DNA of 64,000 nucleotides. It comes from Eledone cirrhosa. Taxonomy: Eukaryota. Each line of letters opens with the position of its first letter. The stretch's first letter is position 1. Made by a program: the position numbers and the translations under genes. The notes beneath the pieces were generated by a model. That model ran no database searches. It was given only the letters and a program-made list of their open reading frames with translations, and had not been told where the DNA came from. Location of the stretch: positions 49,786,001-49,850,000 of the forward strand of contig OZ024742.1 of the NCBI GenBank assembly GCA_964016885.1. Direction: 5' to 3'. Below are positions 1 through 12,355 of the stretch, in pieces.

Positions 1-130
1 CCTCTACTGATTCTGCTATAAGAACCAGATCATCAGCATAGAGAAGTTCCCATGGACAGTCATTCTTAAACACCTCTGTTATGGCTTGGAGGACTATAAT
101 GAACAAGAGCGGGCTGAGGACCGAACCTTG
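1..130 (-). mobile_element. RTE LINE (family 3) reverse transcriptase fragment, 5'-truncated at a (TA)n array, runs off the window
   Basis: Minus strand translates [43 protein letters not shown] (RT YADD motif); closely similar to 56364-56490. Confidence 0.9.
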
Positions 131-347
131 ATATATATATGTATATATATATATATGTATATATATATATGAATATATATATATATGTATATATATATGT
201 ATATATATATATGTATATATATGTATATATATGTATATGTATATGTATATATATATATGTGTATACATACAAATACACATATATACATATATTCTCATAT
301 ACATATATATACATACATAAAACATACCTAAAATGATGATGATGATG

Positions 348-389
<42 letters not shown>

Positions 390-424
390 GTATGTATGTA
401 TATGTATATATATATGTGTATGTG

Positions 425-465
<41 letters not shown>

Positions 466-612
466 CATCATCATCATTTTACATATGGTTTATGTATGTA
501 TATATATATATATGAGAATATATGTATATATGTGTATTTGTATGTATACATATATATATGTCAATATATATGTTTATATATATACATATCTATCTATATA
601 TATATATATAGA
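131..612. repeat. Compound (TA/TG/CA)n microsatellite containing an inverted duplication (260-350 vs 463-550)
   Basis: Direct reading; the arms are reverse complements, including (GAT)n vs (CAT)n. Confidence 0.9.
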
Positions 613-2019
613 TAATTGTGAAGGAATGAAGAGTAACATGGTTGGCTGTACAACAAGGGGCTTTATTTCAGGTATTAACAATTGCTTCATTGATCAGGTG
701 AGTCTAGAGGCCGTTAATCGCTCGATATATAGATAATTACCCTTTTGTGTGTATATGTAGAAATATTTTGTGTGTATATGTAGAAATATTTAGATAGAGG
801 AGTGAGAGAGAAAGATGTATTATTCAAATATAGATATAAATAATGACCTTACATATATTTACACATCTACTAGATTCCATGTACATTATATTGGTGAAAT
901 GTAGAGAACAGCAGGAACACTTTTCAAATGCCCTAAAGTGGGTCTGAACTTGGGACCATGTTGATACAAAGTGAAATTCCTAACCATAGAACAATATATA
1001 TTTCTTTGAAATATGATTTCAATATTATAGCTTGTTCTAAAAGAGGGTTTCTATTTTTTGAGAGGTATGGTGAGCCTATTAAAATGTAATCGAAATATTA
1101 TGTCTCAATAAAAATATGTAATATTAAGCTTGCCTCAATTTGTTAAAAGTATTGAAATAAAAATGGCATTGGTAAACATTAATCTAATATATCTATAATG
1201 ATAATGATGATGATGATGAAAATAAATATTGAATATAAAAATATTTTTGAGTAATACCATTTTTTCTCCTTTACTTACAAAATGTCACAAATAACACATT
1301 GAGTGAATTACATTAAAAATAAAGATAACAAAATATACAATCCTTAAGTTAATCCATCATAACTATAAAGTTGAAGAAAAGTCCAGTAATATATTTGTCT
1401 GTAGTTTACCACATGCAATGACATCTTCTCATTAGGTCAACTATGTGATATATCAAATTTATACTGACTGGAAGATAAATTGAATTTTGCTTTTGGTAAA
1501 TTGGAAACCATGTATATTTTGTTTGTTTTACTTCATATATCTGTTGATAAATTTCTGCATGATTCTCAAATTGCAAGGTTGAATTAGATGCTGTGTTAGA
1601 AGTCTTCACCTAAAATTTTGTTTGATTTAATGCAATGAATGGTTCAGATAAATTTATCAGATTTTTATTATGTTTGCATAATTTTTCTTGTTACTTTTTA
1701 TAAAAAATAAATGGTGTTTTTCAATTGGATATCAACATAAAAGTTCTGCATTTCTTCTATAGTTTTCAGCTATATTATGATAAGAGGAAAAACTCTGAAT
1801 ATTTCTGATACTTGACGAAATGAGGAAGTAAAGATTAATTGTAATTTATAGAGAGACATGTGATCACATTTGAATATTTGTGTGTATTATATGTTTCATG
1901 TATATAGTGTGCCTTTTATGTCTTTATTAAATTGGCTAAGCTCTAAGAGATTTGGATTAAATTACTTGGTGTTTGTTCTATCATTCTGTGCTCTGAGTTC
2001 AAAACCTCTACATGTGATC

Positions 2020-2151
2020 TTTTGTCATCCCCTCTGTGAGTTTCAGTGATTTGAGGTCAGCTCTTTCTTGGTCGACCTCTACCACGGTCTCCTTCTACTG
2101 GCATTTCCTGGCACTTTTCACCCAACAATCATTCTCCATGTGCATCACATG

Positions 2152-2153
<2 letters not shown>
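2020..2153 (-). mobile_element. Degenerate RTE family 3 C-terminal fragment ending at (TA)n
   Basis: Similar to 55515-55668 (HVMHME...PVEG...RGRPRK region). Confidence 0.7.
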
Positions 2154-2185
<32 letters not shown>

Positions 2186-2187
<2 letters not shown>

Positions 2188-2284
2188 TTTGATTTTGTTT
2201 TTGCAATATTCTTGATGTGAAATCATGTGTTGAAACAGATATTGTTAAAATTTGGGAGAGTCATGCTGCCAAAGTATAACAATA
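2186..2284. mobile_element. Tiny rearranged terminus of the Penelope-like family found at 38-41 kb, between (TA)n arrays
   Basis: 2186-2270 is a diverged reverse complement of 40693-40781, followed by the oppositely oriented piece ccaaagtataacaatat. Confidence 0.7.
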
Positions 2285-3970
2285 TGTATATATATATATA
2301 TCATCATCATCATCATCATCATCATTGTTTAACGTGATGATGATGATGATGATGATGATGATATATATATATATTAATCAGTATATATATATTCCTAGCC
2401 ACACATAACATATGTGTAATAGTATTTGTATTTCCCTCCTGTCAAAGTTCATTGGAAAAATGTAGAAATCTGCAGTATATTTCAATGAGTTATTGTAGTG
2501 AAATAGTATATGCCCCCCCCCCCTCTCTATATATATATCTATATAAACACACACATTTTATACATAGGTTATGTTTCTGTATCTCATTGCAAATTCTGTG
2601 TGTGTCTGTGTGCATGTATTCATCCATCTGTCTTTCAAATTTCATGAAATTTCTTGAAAAGATGATTCTTGCTGAACATCTGCCAAGAAAGCACAATCAT
2701 AAAATTAAATATTCCCCTCAAGTTGGGCAAAAATTTAGGAATCTGAAGAAGAGATTTTAATATTTTTATATTTTATACACATTGATTGTGAATAGTAATA
2801 TTATTATCAATTTTTTTTTTATATTTACATTTTCCTGAATTCAGGCATTAGTATTAAAAGTAATATCATGGTCTAACTTTTAATGTATGAGTTAGATGTT
2901 ATTTTCCTCGGAAGTTCACATCTTTAACATCAATTTTTTTCGTATATTTGCTAAAACTTTTTTAACCTTCTTTCATGTATGTAAGAATGCATAGCCACAC
3001 TCCCAGACATGAACACACACAGTCAGACAGATTTTTACTCAGTGTGTTTTGTGTCTAGCTTTGTAGCTTTTGAGAATCAATTTTCTCATTTTTTTTCAAT
3101 CTCATCATGAATCAAATGCGCTAAGTAATACTATAAATCACTTTAAGCTTTGGGCAACAGTAAGAGGTTTACCATTCTAAGTATTATTTGACAATTACCT
3201 GGTACATTTTAGGATATAATAAAATATTCTTTATGGTTTATTTTGTGTATATTAGTGAGCGTATTAATGTAGTTTTAAATGATGTTGCAAAACTATATTG
3301 TTATACATTAAGATGACTGTGTGTTATATATGTGAGTGTGTCTGGCTGAGCTATGCCTTGATATATGTAGAACATAATAGGAGAAGACATCAATAAAATT
3401 CACGTCTCATGATTCAAAATTATTTCAATGAAAATGTATATATATCCATTTGCGGGTGTGTGTCTCCATGAAAACACATATAAAAACAAACAAAATCCAT
3501 TAAAGAAAGAATGAAAAGATTTGAGGCTTGAATTACTCTAGTATTTGATATATTATTCATAATATATGCTGTATTGGCTGAGAATAAGATGTAGGTGAAA
3601 TATATAATAAAGCAGCCAAACTGAAAAATCAAAGTCCCTGCCCTTCCTTAAATGGACAGCTTTTAACTTTATGTGGACAAGTTTTTATTTTACCGATATG
3701 TGAATCACTTAAGCTTCAATCCTGACATGATGGGCAGTCCACTGCAAGTAGTTTCATCAACAGTATGGAATTAGTTTTCGAAATAGCAAGAGCTCAGCCA
3801 TTGGGCCTAGACACTTTCTAATATGGTTTCACTCCGCTATCCCAAGTATCGAGTACTCTTTTGAATAATGGTTTTACTAGTTTAATACTGGTTTTATTCT
3901 GATATATATGTGTGTATATATATATATATTTATATATATATATTTATATATATATATATTTATATATATA

Positions 3971-4150
3971 TCATCATCATCATCATCATCTTCGTTTAAC
4001 GTCCACTTTCCACGCTAGCATGGGTTAGACGGGAGTTGTCCCACTTGAGGCAAGGTTTGGTCGGGTGACCATGTGTCTCGCTCATATAGGACTATCTGGC
4101 AGGTTTTCTACGGCTGGATGCCCTTCCTAACAACAACCACATTTACAGTG
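3971..4150 (-). mobile_element. RTE family 2-type 3' UTR/tail fragment with (GAT)n tail, inserted in (TA)n
   Basis: (CAT)n-gtttaacgtccac...ggatgcccttcctaac matches the 3' ends at 11618-11790 and 26880-27040. Confidence 0.85.
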
Positions 4151-4152
4151 TA

Positions 4153-4216
<64 letters not shown>

Positions 4217-4411
4217 AGGGAAGTGTCTCTGTGTATGCATATGCAAAGATACTCTAACAAAGATAAATATATGTATGTAAGCAATATTAAGTTCTATCAA
4301 GCTTACAAAAAACTTTTAAAAGAAAATCTGGCTTGGGCCCAGGAACCCCCCCCCCCCCCCCAAAAAAAAAGGAATTACTCATTTCTATAGCAATTGAAAG
4401 CTCATTAACAT

Positions 4412-4600
4412 TACGGTTGATTTGCAGTACCGGTAGAGAGTCGGACGCCATGCTTTCTAGAATAGTTACGTCAATTTACTGTCTGAGTTCAAATCCCGCC
4501 GAGGTTAACTTTGCTTTTCATCCTTACGGGTCGATAAAATAAAGTACCAGTAATGTACTGGGTAATTGCTGGCGATGTGCCAAAAGTAGAAACAATTATT
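4412..4600 (+). mobile_element. tRNA-derived SINE, family C
   Basis: B-box gagttcaaatccc; shared body ggttaactttgc...gataaaataaagtacc; many copies in the window. Confidence 0.85.
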
Positions 4601-5107
4601 TATCAGTGAACTCTGTGAAAGAAATAATGTCTGTTACATTCAATGTTCTTTTATTTTGTAGACTTATGTTCAAGTTGTTTGCAGGAAATATCAATATAAT
4701 TTATCTCCTCAGATTCAACATCGTTTTTCTCTTGGTGTGTATGCATATTTATATATATATATACATTTATTTATATATATATGTACATACATAAATATAT
4801 ATGTATACATATCTAGTAATAAAAAGATCATAATCAGTTGATTCAGGTTTATTTAAATCTCTGTTATTCATATTTCATTGAGGACTAGCAATTTTTATAG
4901 CCTGAGCTTTTCAAACAGCATAAATGATGACTTGCTGCTCTCAAAATCCAGTGATATTGATGTGAGACTGGTATTGTGTGTTTTTTCATATTTCATTACT
5001 CATGTGAGGAGAATTTAGCCAGCTTAATTTCAGATATGAAACCAGCATTGATGTCACCAAAATTCGCTAACACTACCAGACCAAAACCATTTACATGATA
5101 TTATGGG

Positions 5108-5262
5108 CATCATCATCATCATAGATTAATGTCTATCTTCCATGCTAGCATGGGTTAGACGGGTTTGTCCCATTTAAGTCAGGTGACCATGTCTCGCTCA
5201 TATAGGAGAGTTTCTGGTTATTTTCTACAGCTAGATGCCCTTCCTAATGCCAACCTCATTGA
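5108..5262 (-). mobile_element. Diverged RTE 3' tail fragment
   Basis: (CAT)n plus catgctagcatgggttagacgg...gatgcccttcctaatgccaacc. Confidence 0.75.
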
Positions 5263-6121
5263 CATATTTTTATACTTTAATTTAGATAAGTTCTAATGCT
5301 AGGCAGTTGGTATGCATATGTAAGAAATGTTGTGAGTGCATATGTGGCACTTAATATGCTTGTATGTGTGTGAGCTTGTCCCAGCATACAAATGTGCATG
5401 TGTGGGTGGGTGTTAGTAAAAGAGTGAGATTGGTGTTAATATTTTGTATTTGTTGTGAAAGGGAGAGGTGGTATTGATATTGTGTATTTGTTGTGAAAGG
5501 GATAGATGGTGTTGATATTTTGTATTTGCTTGTTATGCAATATAGTAGGTCTAAGGTTTTTGTGGATACCTGCATGTGCACTGGTGGGGTGGGGGATCTC
5601 TCCATGTACAGTTAGTTATTGTTACCTTTGTAAATGAGTGCCTGGATGAGTATTGTTGTTTTTGTGTGGCAATATGTATGGTATTGTGATGCAAGCCTAT
5701 TCACAAGTTTTGGAAGTGTGGCATGGGTTGGTGTATATATACATGTGTGTGTTTGTGTGGAGGTAGAGAGATTGGAAAAGACACACAGAGAAGAAAGTGG
5801 GAGAAAATGAAACTTTCTCTTTTAATAAAAAAGGTATGCCATTACTCATAAGATGTGTAACTATGTCTATATCTATTTCTTATATTACAAGCATCTAATG
5901 TCTGTACACAAATGCACATATATTAAAACACTATCACATTTTAAAGATTGAATATATTCAATTAAAAAACTTTTTATTACATTTCCCACACATGGGATGG
6001 TGCTGTTGTCACACACCCAACCAATCTACATTACACCCTGACGAAGATGGACAGAATCTAGTCTCTGTCACAGATGTTCTGTCGCATCTCTCTGCTTTTT
6101 ACATTGATGCTACAATAAATA

Positions 6122-6167
<46 letters not shown>

Positions 6168-6170
<3 letters not shown>

Positions 6171-6211
6171 CGTTTCTGAATTTGTTTAGCAACATGACCC
6201 TCCCAAAGCAT

Positions 6212-6218
<7 letters not shown>
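6168..6218. mobile_element. ~50-bp two-part fragment of the Penelope-like terminus inside (TA)n
   Basis: tttcgtttctgaatttgtttagcaa is the reverse complement of 40757-40781, fused at gcaa to forward catgaccctcccaaag (cf. 52911-52926). Confidence 0.75.
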
Positions 6219-6277
<59 letters not shown>

Positions 6278-6493
6278 TATGTTAAGGTATCAATACATAT
6301 CTTATACGAATGATGATCATTTTTCTCATTTTTTCAGTAATAAGCTCAATGGATCTTGGTCCAGGGAATCAATTATTTAATTTTAAAAGATATATGTTGA
6401 GAGAAGCATATATAGTCTGAGAAAGAGATAGTATTTTGTACACATATATAGAGAGCAAATAATATTCGGGAAAATATACATAAATAAATATAT

Positions 6494-7310
6494 ATGAGTT
6501 TTGTCCCAAAGTTAAGGGTACTGAGGTTTTATTTAAATATTAGATATATATATCATATTACACATGTAAGTTCAATATTAGATATATATCATATGACACA
6601 TGTATGTTCTTAATGTGTTTCCAATGGTTTTTCCATTGATTATAGCAGTACTGGAAATCATTTTCTGTGAGTCCCTTTAGCTCGCTGATTACAATTTTTT
6701 GTAAGTTTCCCCAGTCATGAGATAATAACCCTTTAACTTTTATTTCAACTTAGGGAAGAGGTAGAAATCATGAGCAGCTAGATCTGAGCTGTAGAGAGCA
6801 TGTGGAAGAGTGGGAATGATTTTTTTATCCCAGAAATTCTCAAATTGAATGTGCTGTGTGTACAAGTGCATCATCCTGATACAGTGCAAAATCTACTGCA
6901 ATGTGCTTCTGTACTCACTGGACCAGTTTTCAAAGTCATTCCAAGACAATTTTGTACAAAGTATGATTAACTGTCTGTCCTAGAAAGAAACATTCTTTCT
7001 GAACAATAACACTTCCACATTTTGTTCAACTGTTGACAATAGGCCTTCAAGAATGAGGTTCATCTTCAACATTTTCTCTGCCCTCTTTGAAATTTTCGTA
7101 CCACTTAAAAACCTTACTTCTCGATAGAGGGGCATCTCCATAAGTATGCTTGTGTTAGAGAATTAAATATTTTGGGGGCAGATTTGTAAGTTTCACACAA
7201 AATTTGATTGCATACCGTTATTTGATATTTTCCTGCTTCACAAACCTAACAGAAGTTATAAAACATGTAGATAAACAACAATGACTTGTGACTGACTTGA
7301 TCGATCATGT
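6494..7310 (-). pseudogene. Internally deleted mariner (Tc1/mariner) transposon relic
   Basis: Minus strand: IPTLPHALYSSDLAAHDFYLFPKLK (YSPDLAPxDF motif, ~6745-6817), QDDALVHTA (HDNAPAH-like) and N-terminal RYAIKFCVKL (~7188-7217); contains stops and frameshifts; boundaries approximate. Confidence 0.8.
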
Positions 7311-7384
7311 ATATACATATATACGAGGTCATAACCAACATGTATATATACATCACCGAGGTGCTGCAGTCCCGTGCCATACAT

Positions 7385-7770
7385 AGAAAAATCAGAAGGA
7401 AGGTGAGAGTCAAGAGAGAGGTGCTACACCCCAGTAAATTCGCTCAAAGGTGTGTGAATGTGGCGAAAATGGCCCGAGTGAATGGGCCTTCTCTGTATAA
7501 AAACCTGTAGGTTGAGGAAGATAAACAGAGGGAAGACGGGAACACCTACAAAACGTGTTCATGGTGTTGTGGGTTGTTCTATCCACGGGGTGTAAAACAA
7601 CCCTGCAGTAACGTTCCCCCTATTGGGAATTTCAATTGTTATTTTATTATATATAGTTTATTGTTATTTATTAATGTTAAAGTTATTTGTATGTAAAACT
7701 CCCGCCATCACGTCTTGTTATGTCCCATTTTTGTACGCCACTGTGGCAAATGAAGAAAGATATCTATATC
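7385..7770 (+). mobile_element. Probable L1/Tx1-like LINE 3' end (ORF2 C-terminus plus 3' UTR)
   Basis: RRKVRVKREVLHPSKFAQRCVNVAKMARVNGPSLYKNL* resembles Tx1-type ORF2 ends; a second copy of this peptide lies on the minus strand at 17288-17340. Confidence 0.55.
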
Positions 7771-7954
7771 TACATATATAGTTAGTATTCTTTTCACCTT
7801 AGCGAATCTGGTCCCTTACGATTTGAACACATATATGTATCTGTGTTCGTTTTTCTTTTATATTCTATTATAATATATGGGTCGGAAATATTTCTTTCTT
7901 AGAGCTATTTTGTTGTAAGAGACTATTTTGAGTTCCTAACTCCATATATACCTT

Positions 7955-8029
<75 letters not shown>

Positions 8030-8035
<6 letters not shown>

Positions 8036-11000
8036 GAATCTGCAAGCTACCAAGCACCCACGTGAAGCGCCAACCCAGAGACCCTTCCCTACGAGTGTCG
8101 ACAAATGCCCAAAACTCCGAGTTGGTACCATCAATGTAGACTCAATGAAAGGAAGAGCAGGAGAAATTGTAGAAATGCTAGAGCGAAAGGAAATTGATGT
8201 ATGCTGTGTGCAAGAGACTAGATGGAGAGGAGAGTCTGCCAGAGTCCTCGTAGGAAAAAGTCGGTGCTACAAATTTTTCTGGGTGGGAAATGACGATGGG
8301 ATGGGTGGTGTAGGTATACTACTAGCTGACAAGTGGGTAGATAAAGTAATCTCAGTGTACAGGGTAAATGCAAGAATCATTAAACTCAGACTAGTCCTGA
8401 ATAAAACAATTACCACAATAATATCAGCTTACGCACCCCAATCGGGGCTGCCAGACGAACTTAAGGATAGGTTTTACGAGTCCCTAATGCACACTACTGC
8501 TCTAACAGACGACAATGACTTCCTAATCATCGCAGGAGATTTTAACGGACACGTAGGTAAACACTGCAACGGCTTCAATAGAGTACATGGAGGCCATGGG
8601 GTTGGCACAAGGAATGAGGAAGGATTCAGACTTCTAGAATTCTGCGATGCCAATGACATGTCGATATGTAACACAAACTTTAAAAAACCCGACAACCACC
8701 TGATCACCTATAGATCAGGGGAGCACTCTAGTCAGTTAGATTTTATCCTCATCAGAGGACGTGACAGATGGACGGTCGTAAACACAAAAGCCTTCCCTAG
8801 TGAGGAATGTACATCCCAACATAGCTTAGTTGTCAGCGACCTCACTGTCAGAACTAGACGAACCCGGAAACAGAGACCAACCTGGAGAAGAAAGATCTGG
8901 AAGCTGAAAGTCTCCTCAACCAGTAACAGATTTAAAGATACTTTACTCAATGCCGACGACAGTAAAGAAGACCAGATAGAGACATTTAATGTAGAAGAGA
9001 ACTGGGAGTTCCTAAAAAATAATTTACTAGAGGCGACGGATGAGGTCTGTGGCTGGAGTAAGACCTCAAGCAGGAGGAGAGTGACTTGGTGGTGGAACAA
9101 TAAGGTAGATGAAGCAGTTAAGGCCAAGATACAGGCGTGGAAAGAATGGAAGAACGGGCGGAGCAGGGTACATTACATAGAGACCAAGAGGGAAGCTAGG
9201 CGACAAGTATACTTAGCTAGGAGGGAAGCAGAGGATAGAAAATTCAAGCATGTTTTGCAACGTGAGGACCAGAAACAGGAGGTATTCAAGATTGCGAGGC
9301 AGTGTGTCAGAGATAGTTGTGATGTCATTGGAGAGAAGTGTATCCGGAATGATAAAGATGAGCTTGCCCTCACAAGTGCTGAGAAGAAAGATGCATGGAA
9401 GAGTCATTATGATAGATTACTAAATGAGGAGAATGCATGGGAAGAAGAGACCCTACCCCAAGTAGACCCTATAGAGGGACCAGCAGTACAAGTCAGCAGC
9501 AGCGTAGTAAGTAAGGCAATCAAAGATATGAAGATGGGGAAGGCAACCGGTCCATCGGGTATAGCTGCCGAGATGCTGAAGGCATCTGGGTCTGTAGGTC
9601 ACACTATAACCACATGTATTGTTAACCAGGTAATACGAGAAGGTGCCATACCAAAAGATTGGTGCAGTAGCATCATTGTCAACTGCTACAAAGGTAAAGG
9701 CGATGCACTAGATAGAGGAAACTATAGAGGTATAAAGTTGATGGACCAGGTCATGAAAGTAACAGAAAGAGTTATAGCACAGTTGATTAGGGACCGGGTG
9801 AAAATAGACGAGATGCAATTTGGGTTTGTACCAGGAAGAGGCACCACTGATGCCCTCTTCCTTGTGAGGCAATTACAGGAAAAGTACCTAGCTAAAAGTA
9901 AGCCACTCTACTTGGCATTTGTCGACCTTGAGAAAGCCTTTGACAGAGTTCCATGTGCTGTAATCTGGTGGGCTCTTAGAAAACTAGGAGTAGATGAATG
10001 GCTTGTGAAAGCGGTACAAGCCATGTATAGGGGAGCAGTCAGCAAAGTTAGGATTAGCAATGAGTATAGCGAGGAATTTAGCGTACAGGTTGGCGTCCAC
10101 CAGGGCTCTGTTCTTAGCCCCCTCCTGTTTATCATAGTCCTGCAGGCAATAACGGAGGAGTTTAAGACCGGATGCCCATGGGAACTCCTGTATGCTGATG
10201 ACCTCACACTCATAGCTGAATCTATGGTAGAACTAGAGAATAAATTCCAAACTTGGAAACAGGGACTAGAAAGAAAGGGTCTCAAAGTCAATATGACAAA
10301 GACTAAGGTCCTTCTAACTAGACGAGAAAACAGAACCCAGATCCCCTCAGGGAAATGGCCTTGCTCAGTATGTAGGAAAGGTGTAGGTAGGAACTCCATT
10401 CTCTGCCCCAAATACAAACAATGGGTACACAAGAGATGTAGCGGGATCTCAGGAAGCTTAATTAAGAATGTAGGCTTCACATGCAGCAGCTGTGCTGAGA
10501 CAGCAAGCAGCAAACAGCCACAGGAAACAAGTACTACCAATCTCTGGGAGGGCTCTGTAGAAACAGTAGACAGCTTCTGCTACCTAGGTGACCGAATTAG
10601 CAGCGGAGGTGGGTGTTCAGAAAGTACAATAACTAGGGTAAGAACGGGATGGAAGAAGTTTAGGGAACTACTACCACTGCTAGCTGCAAAGGGCTTCTCC
10701 CTCAGAATGAAAGGCAGACTGTATGATACGTGTATCCGAATGGCAATGTTGCATGGTAGTGAGACCTGGACGCTGAAGGAGGAAGACTTACGTAGATTAG
10801 AGAGAAACGAAGCCTGCATGCTCCGATGGATGTGTAACAGTAATATACGTGAACGACAAAGCATAAATGAATTGAGAGAGAGACTGAGTATTAGAAGAAT
10901 CAAATGGTGTGTGCAGGAGGCGGTTGCGCTGGTATGGACATGCGATGCGTATGAAGGATGACAGCTGCATAAAAAGGTGCAGAGCACTAGAAGTTGATGG

Positions 11001-11444
11001 AAACCGCGGAGTGGGGAGACCCAAGATGACCTGGGATGAGGTGATAAAAGCCGACCCTACCCAATTACACCTCTCAAAGGCAATGACACACGACCATCTG
11101 GCGTCACGTAGTAATACAGAGTACCCGACCTCCCATGGGTACAACCTGAAGCATATAGACAATATGCCCCCACACCCCCCACCGCAAGGTGGTCGTGGAG
11201 GTGCCACGGCAAAAAAGCACCCAGCCCACACTGTAAAGTGGACGTGTATGCACCACGAAAAAGCACCCAGCACTCACTGTAAATGAGGTTGGTGTTAGGA
11301 AGGGCATCCAGCTGTAGAAATCAAGCCAAATCAGTTCCTGTATGAGCAAGGCATGGTCAGCCGACCAGACACTGCCCACAACAGGACAACCCGTCTAACC
11401 AATGCTAGCGTAGAAGAACGGATGTAAAACGGTGATGATGATGA
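8030..11444 (+). mobile_element. RTE-clade LINE, family 1, near full length
   Basis: APE+RT ORF, 3' UTR with an internal direct repeat, (GAT)n tail; 5' end abuts (TA)n 7937-8027. Confidence 0.95.
8034..10961 (+). CDS. RTE ORF: APE endonuclease + reverse transcriptase + PHD-type finger; frameshift near 10917, natural C-terminus continues in the frame of ORF 10909 (RRLRWYGH...GRPKMTW)
   Basis: APE motifs VGTIN, VQETRW, SAYAPQ, AGDFNGHVG, LDFIL, SQH; RT motifs [39 protein letters not shown]; 975 aa open. Confidence 0.9.
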
Positions 11445-11980
11445 TATATGTAAAGATAGATATCGTGATTTCTTCAGACAGCAAAAATTGATTAAAAGGT
11501 AACATTTCCGAGGCATTTTTCTCTTTATTAATATACTCCATCATCCTTGTTTTTAGCAAGTAATATGATGTTGAGTGCTAAACGAGGTTTGCACCCTTGT
11601 ATACAGTATATATATATCATCATCATCATCATCATCATCAACGTTTAACGTCCGTGTTCCACGCTTGCATGGGTTTGGACGGGGGTTTTCCCACTTGAGG
11701 CAAGAGTGATTGTCTTGCTCGCATAGGACTGTCTGGCAGGTTTTCTACAGTTGGATGCCCTTCCTAACACCAACCACATTTACAGTGTGGGTCTGGGAGG
11801 TTTTTACCGTGTTGCCTACACGGCCACATTACAGCGTGGACTGTGTTTTTTTGTCGTGGCACCTACACGATCTCATTTGTGTCGGCCTGGATGGTGTTGC
11901 ACCGACATAACTTTACATAGAAGGGGGCGGTGTGGATGATGTGGGGGTGGTGGGACGGGGGTGTATTTTGTTAGAGATGC

Positions 11981-12325
11981 AGGCACATGGCTTAGTGGTT
12001 AGAGCATTGGCCTTGCAATCGAAAGGTTGTGAGTTCAATTCTCAGACCGGGTGATGTGTTGTTTCCTTGAGCAAGACACTTTATTTCACATTGCTCCAGT
12101 TTACTCAGCTGTAGAAATGAGATGATAGGGACTGGGGTCCCTATCATTCCACTGCAAAGTGGTCGTGGAGGTGCCACGGCAAAAAAGCACCCAGCACTCA
12201 CTGTAAATGAGGTTGGTGTTAGGAAGGGCATCCAGCTGTAGAAATCAAGCCAGCATCAGTTCCCGTCCCACCCTTGCAAGCAGGGAAAAGTGGACGTAAA
12301 ATGAAATGATGATGAATGATGATGC
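11981..12325 (+). mobile_element. tRNA-derived SINE, family B, nested in the RTE-2 3' UTR
   Basis: A-box tggcttagtgg, B-box gagttcaattc, RTE-derived 3' half, (GAT)n tail; flanked by gatgc (11976-80 and 12321-25); empty site seen at 33758-33770. Confidence 0.9.
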
Positions 12326-12355
12326 CTACTGACTGTAGTAGGTTTTACTTTGTAT

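Noticed and set aside
1405-1611. Possible host exon (acceptor-like sites on both strands)
   Set aside because: Short, no recognisable protein, no partner exons
11496-11548. Hammerhead-like aagg-atgatgg...gaaa-tgtta-cctt (minus)
   Set aside because: Two core substitutions and a broken stem III; possibly decayed but not supportable
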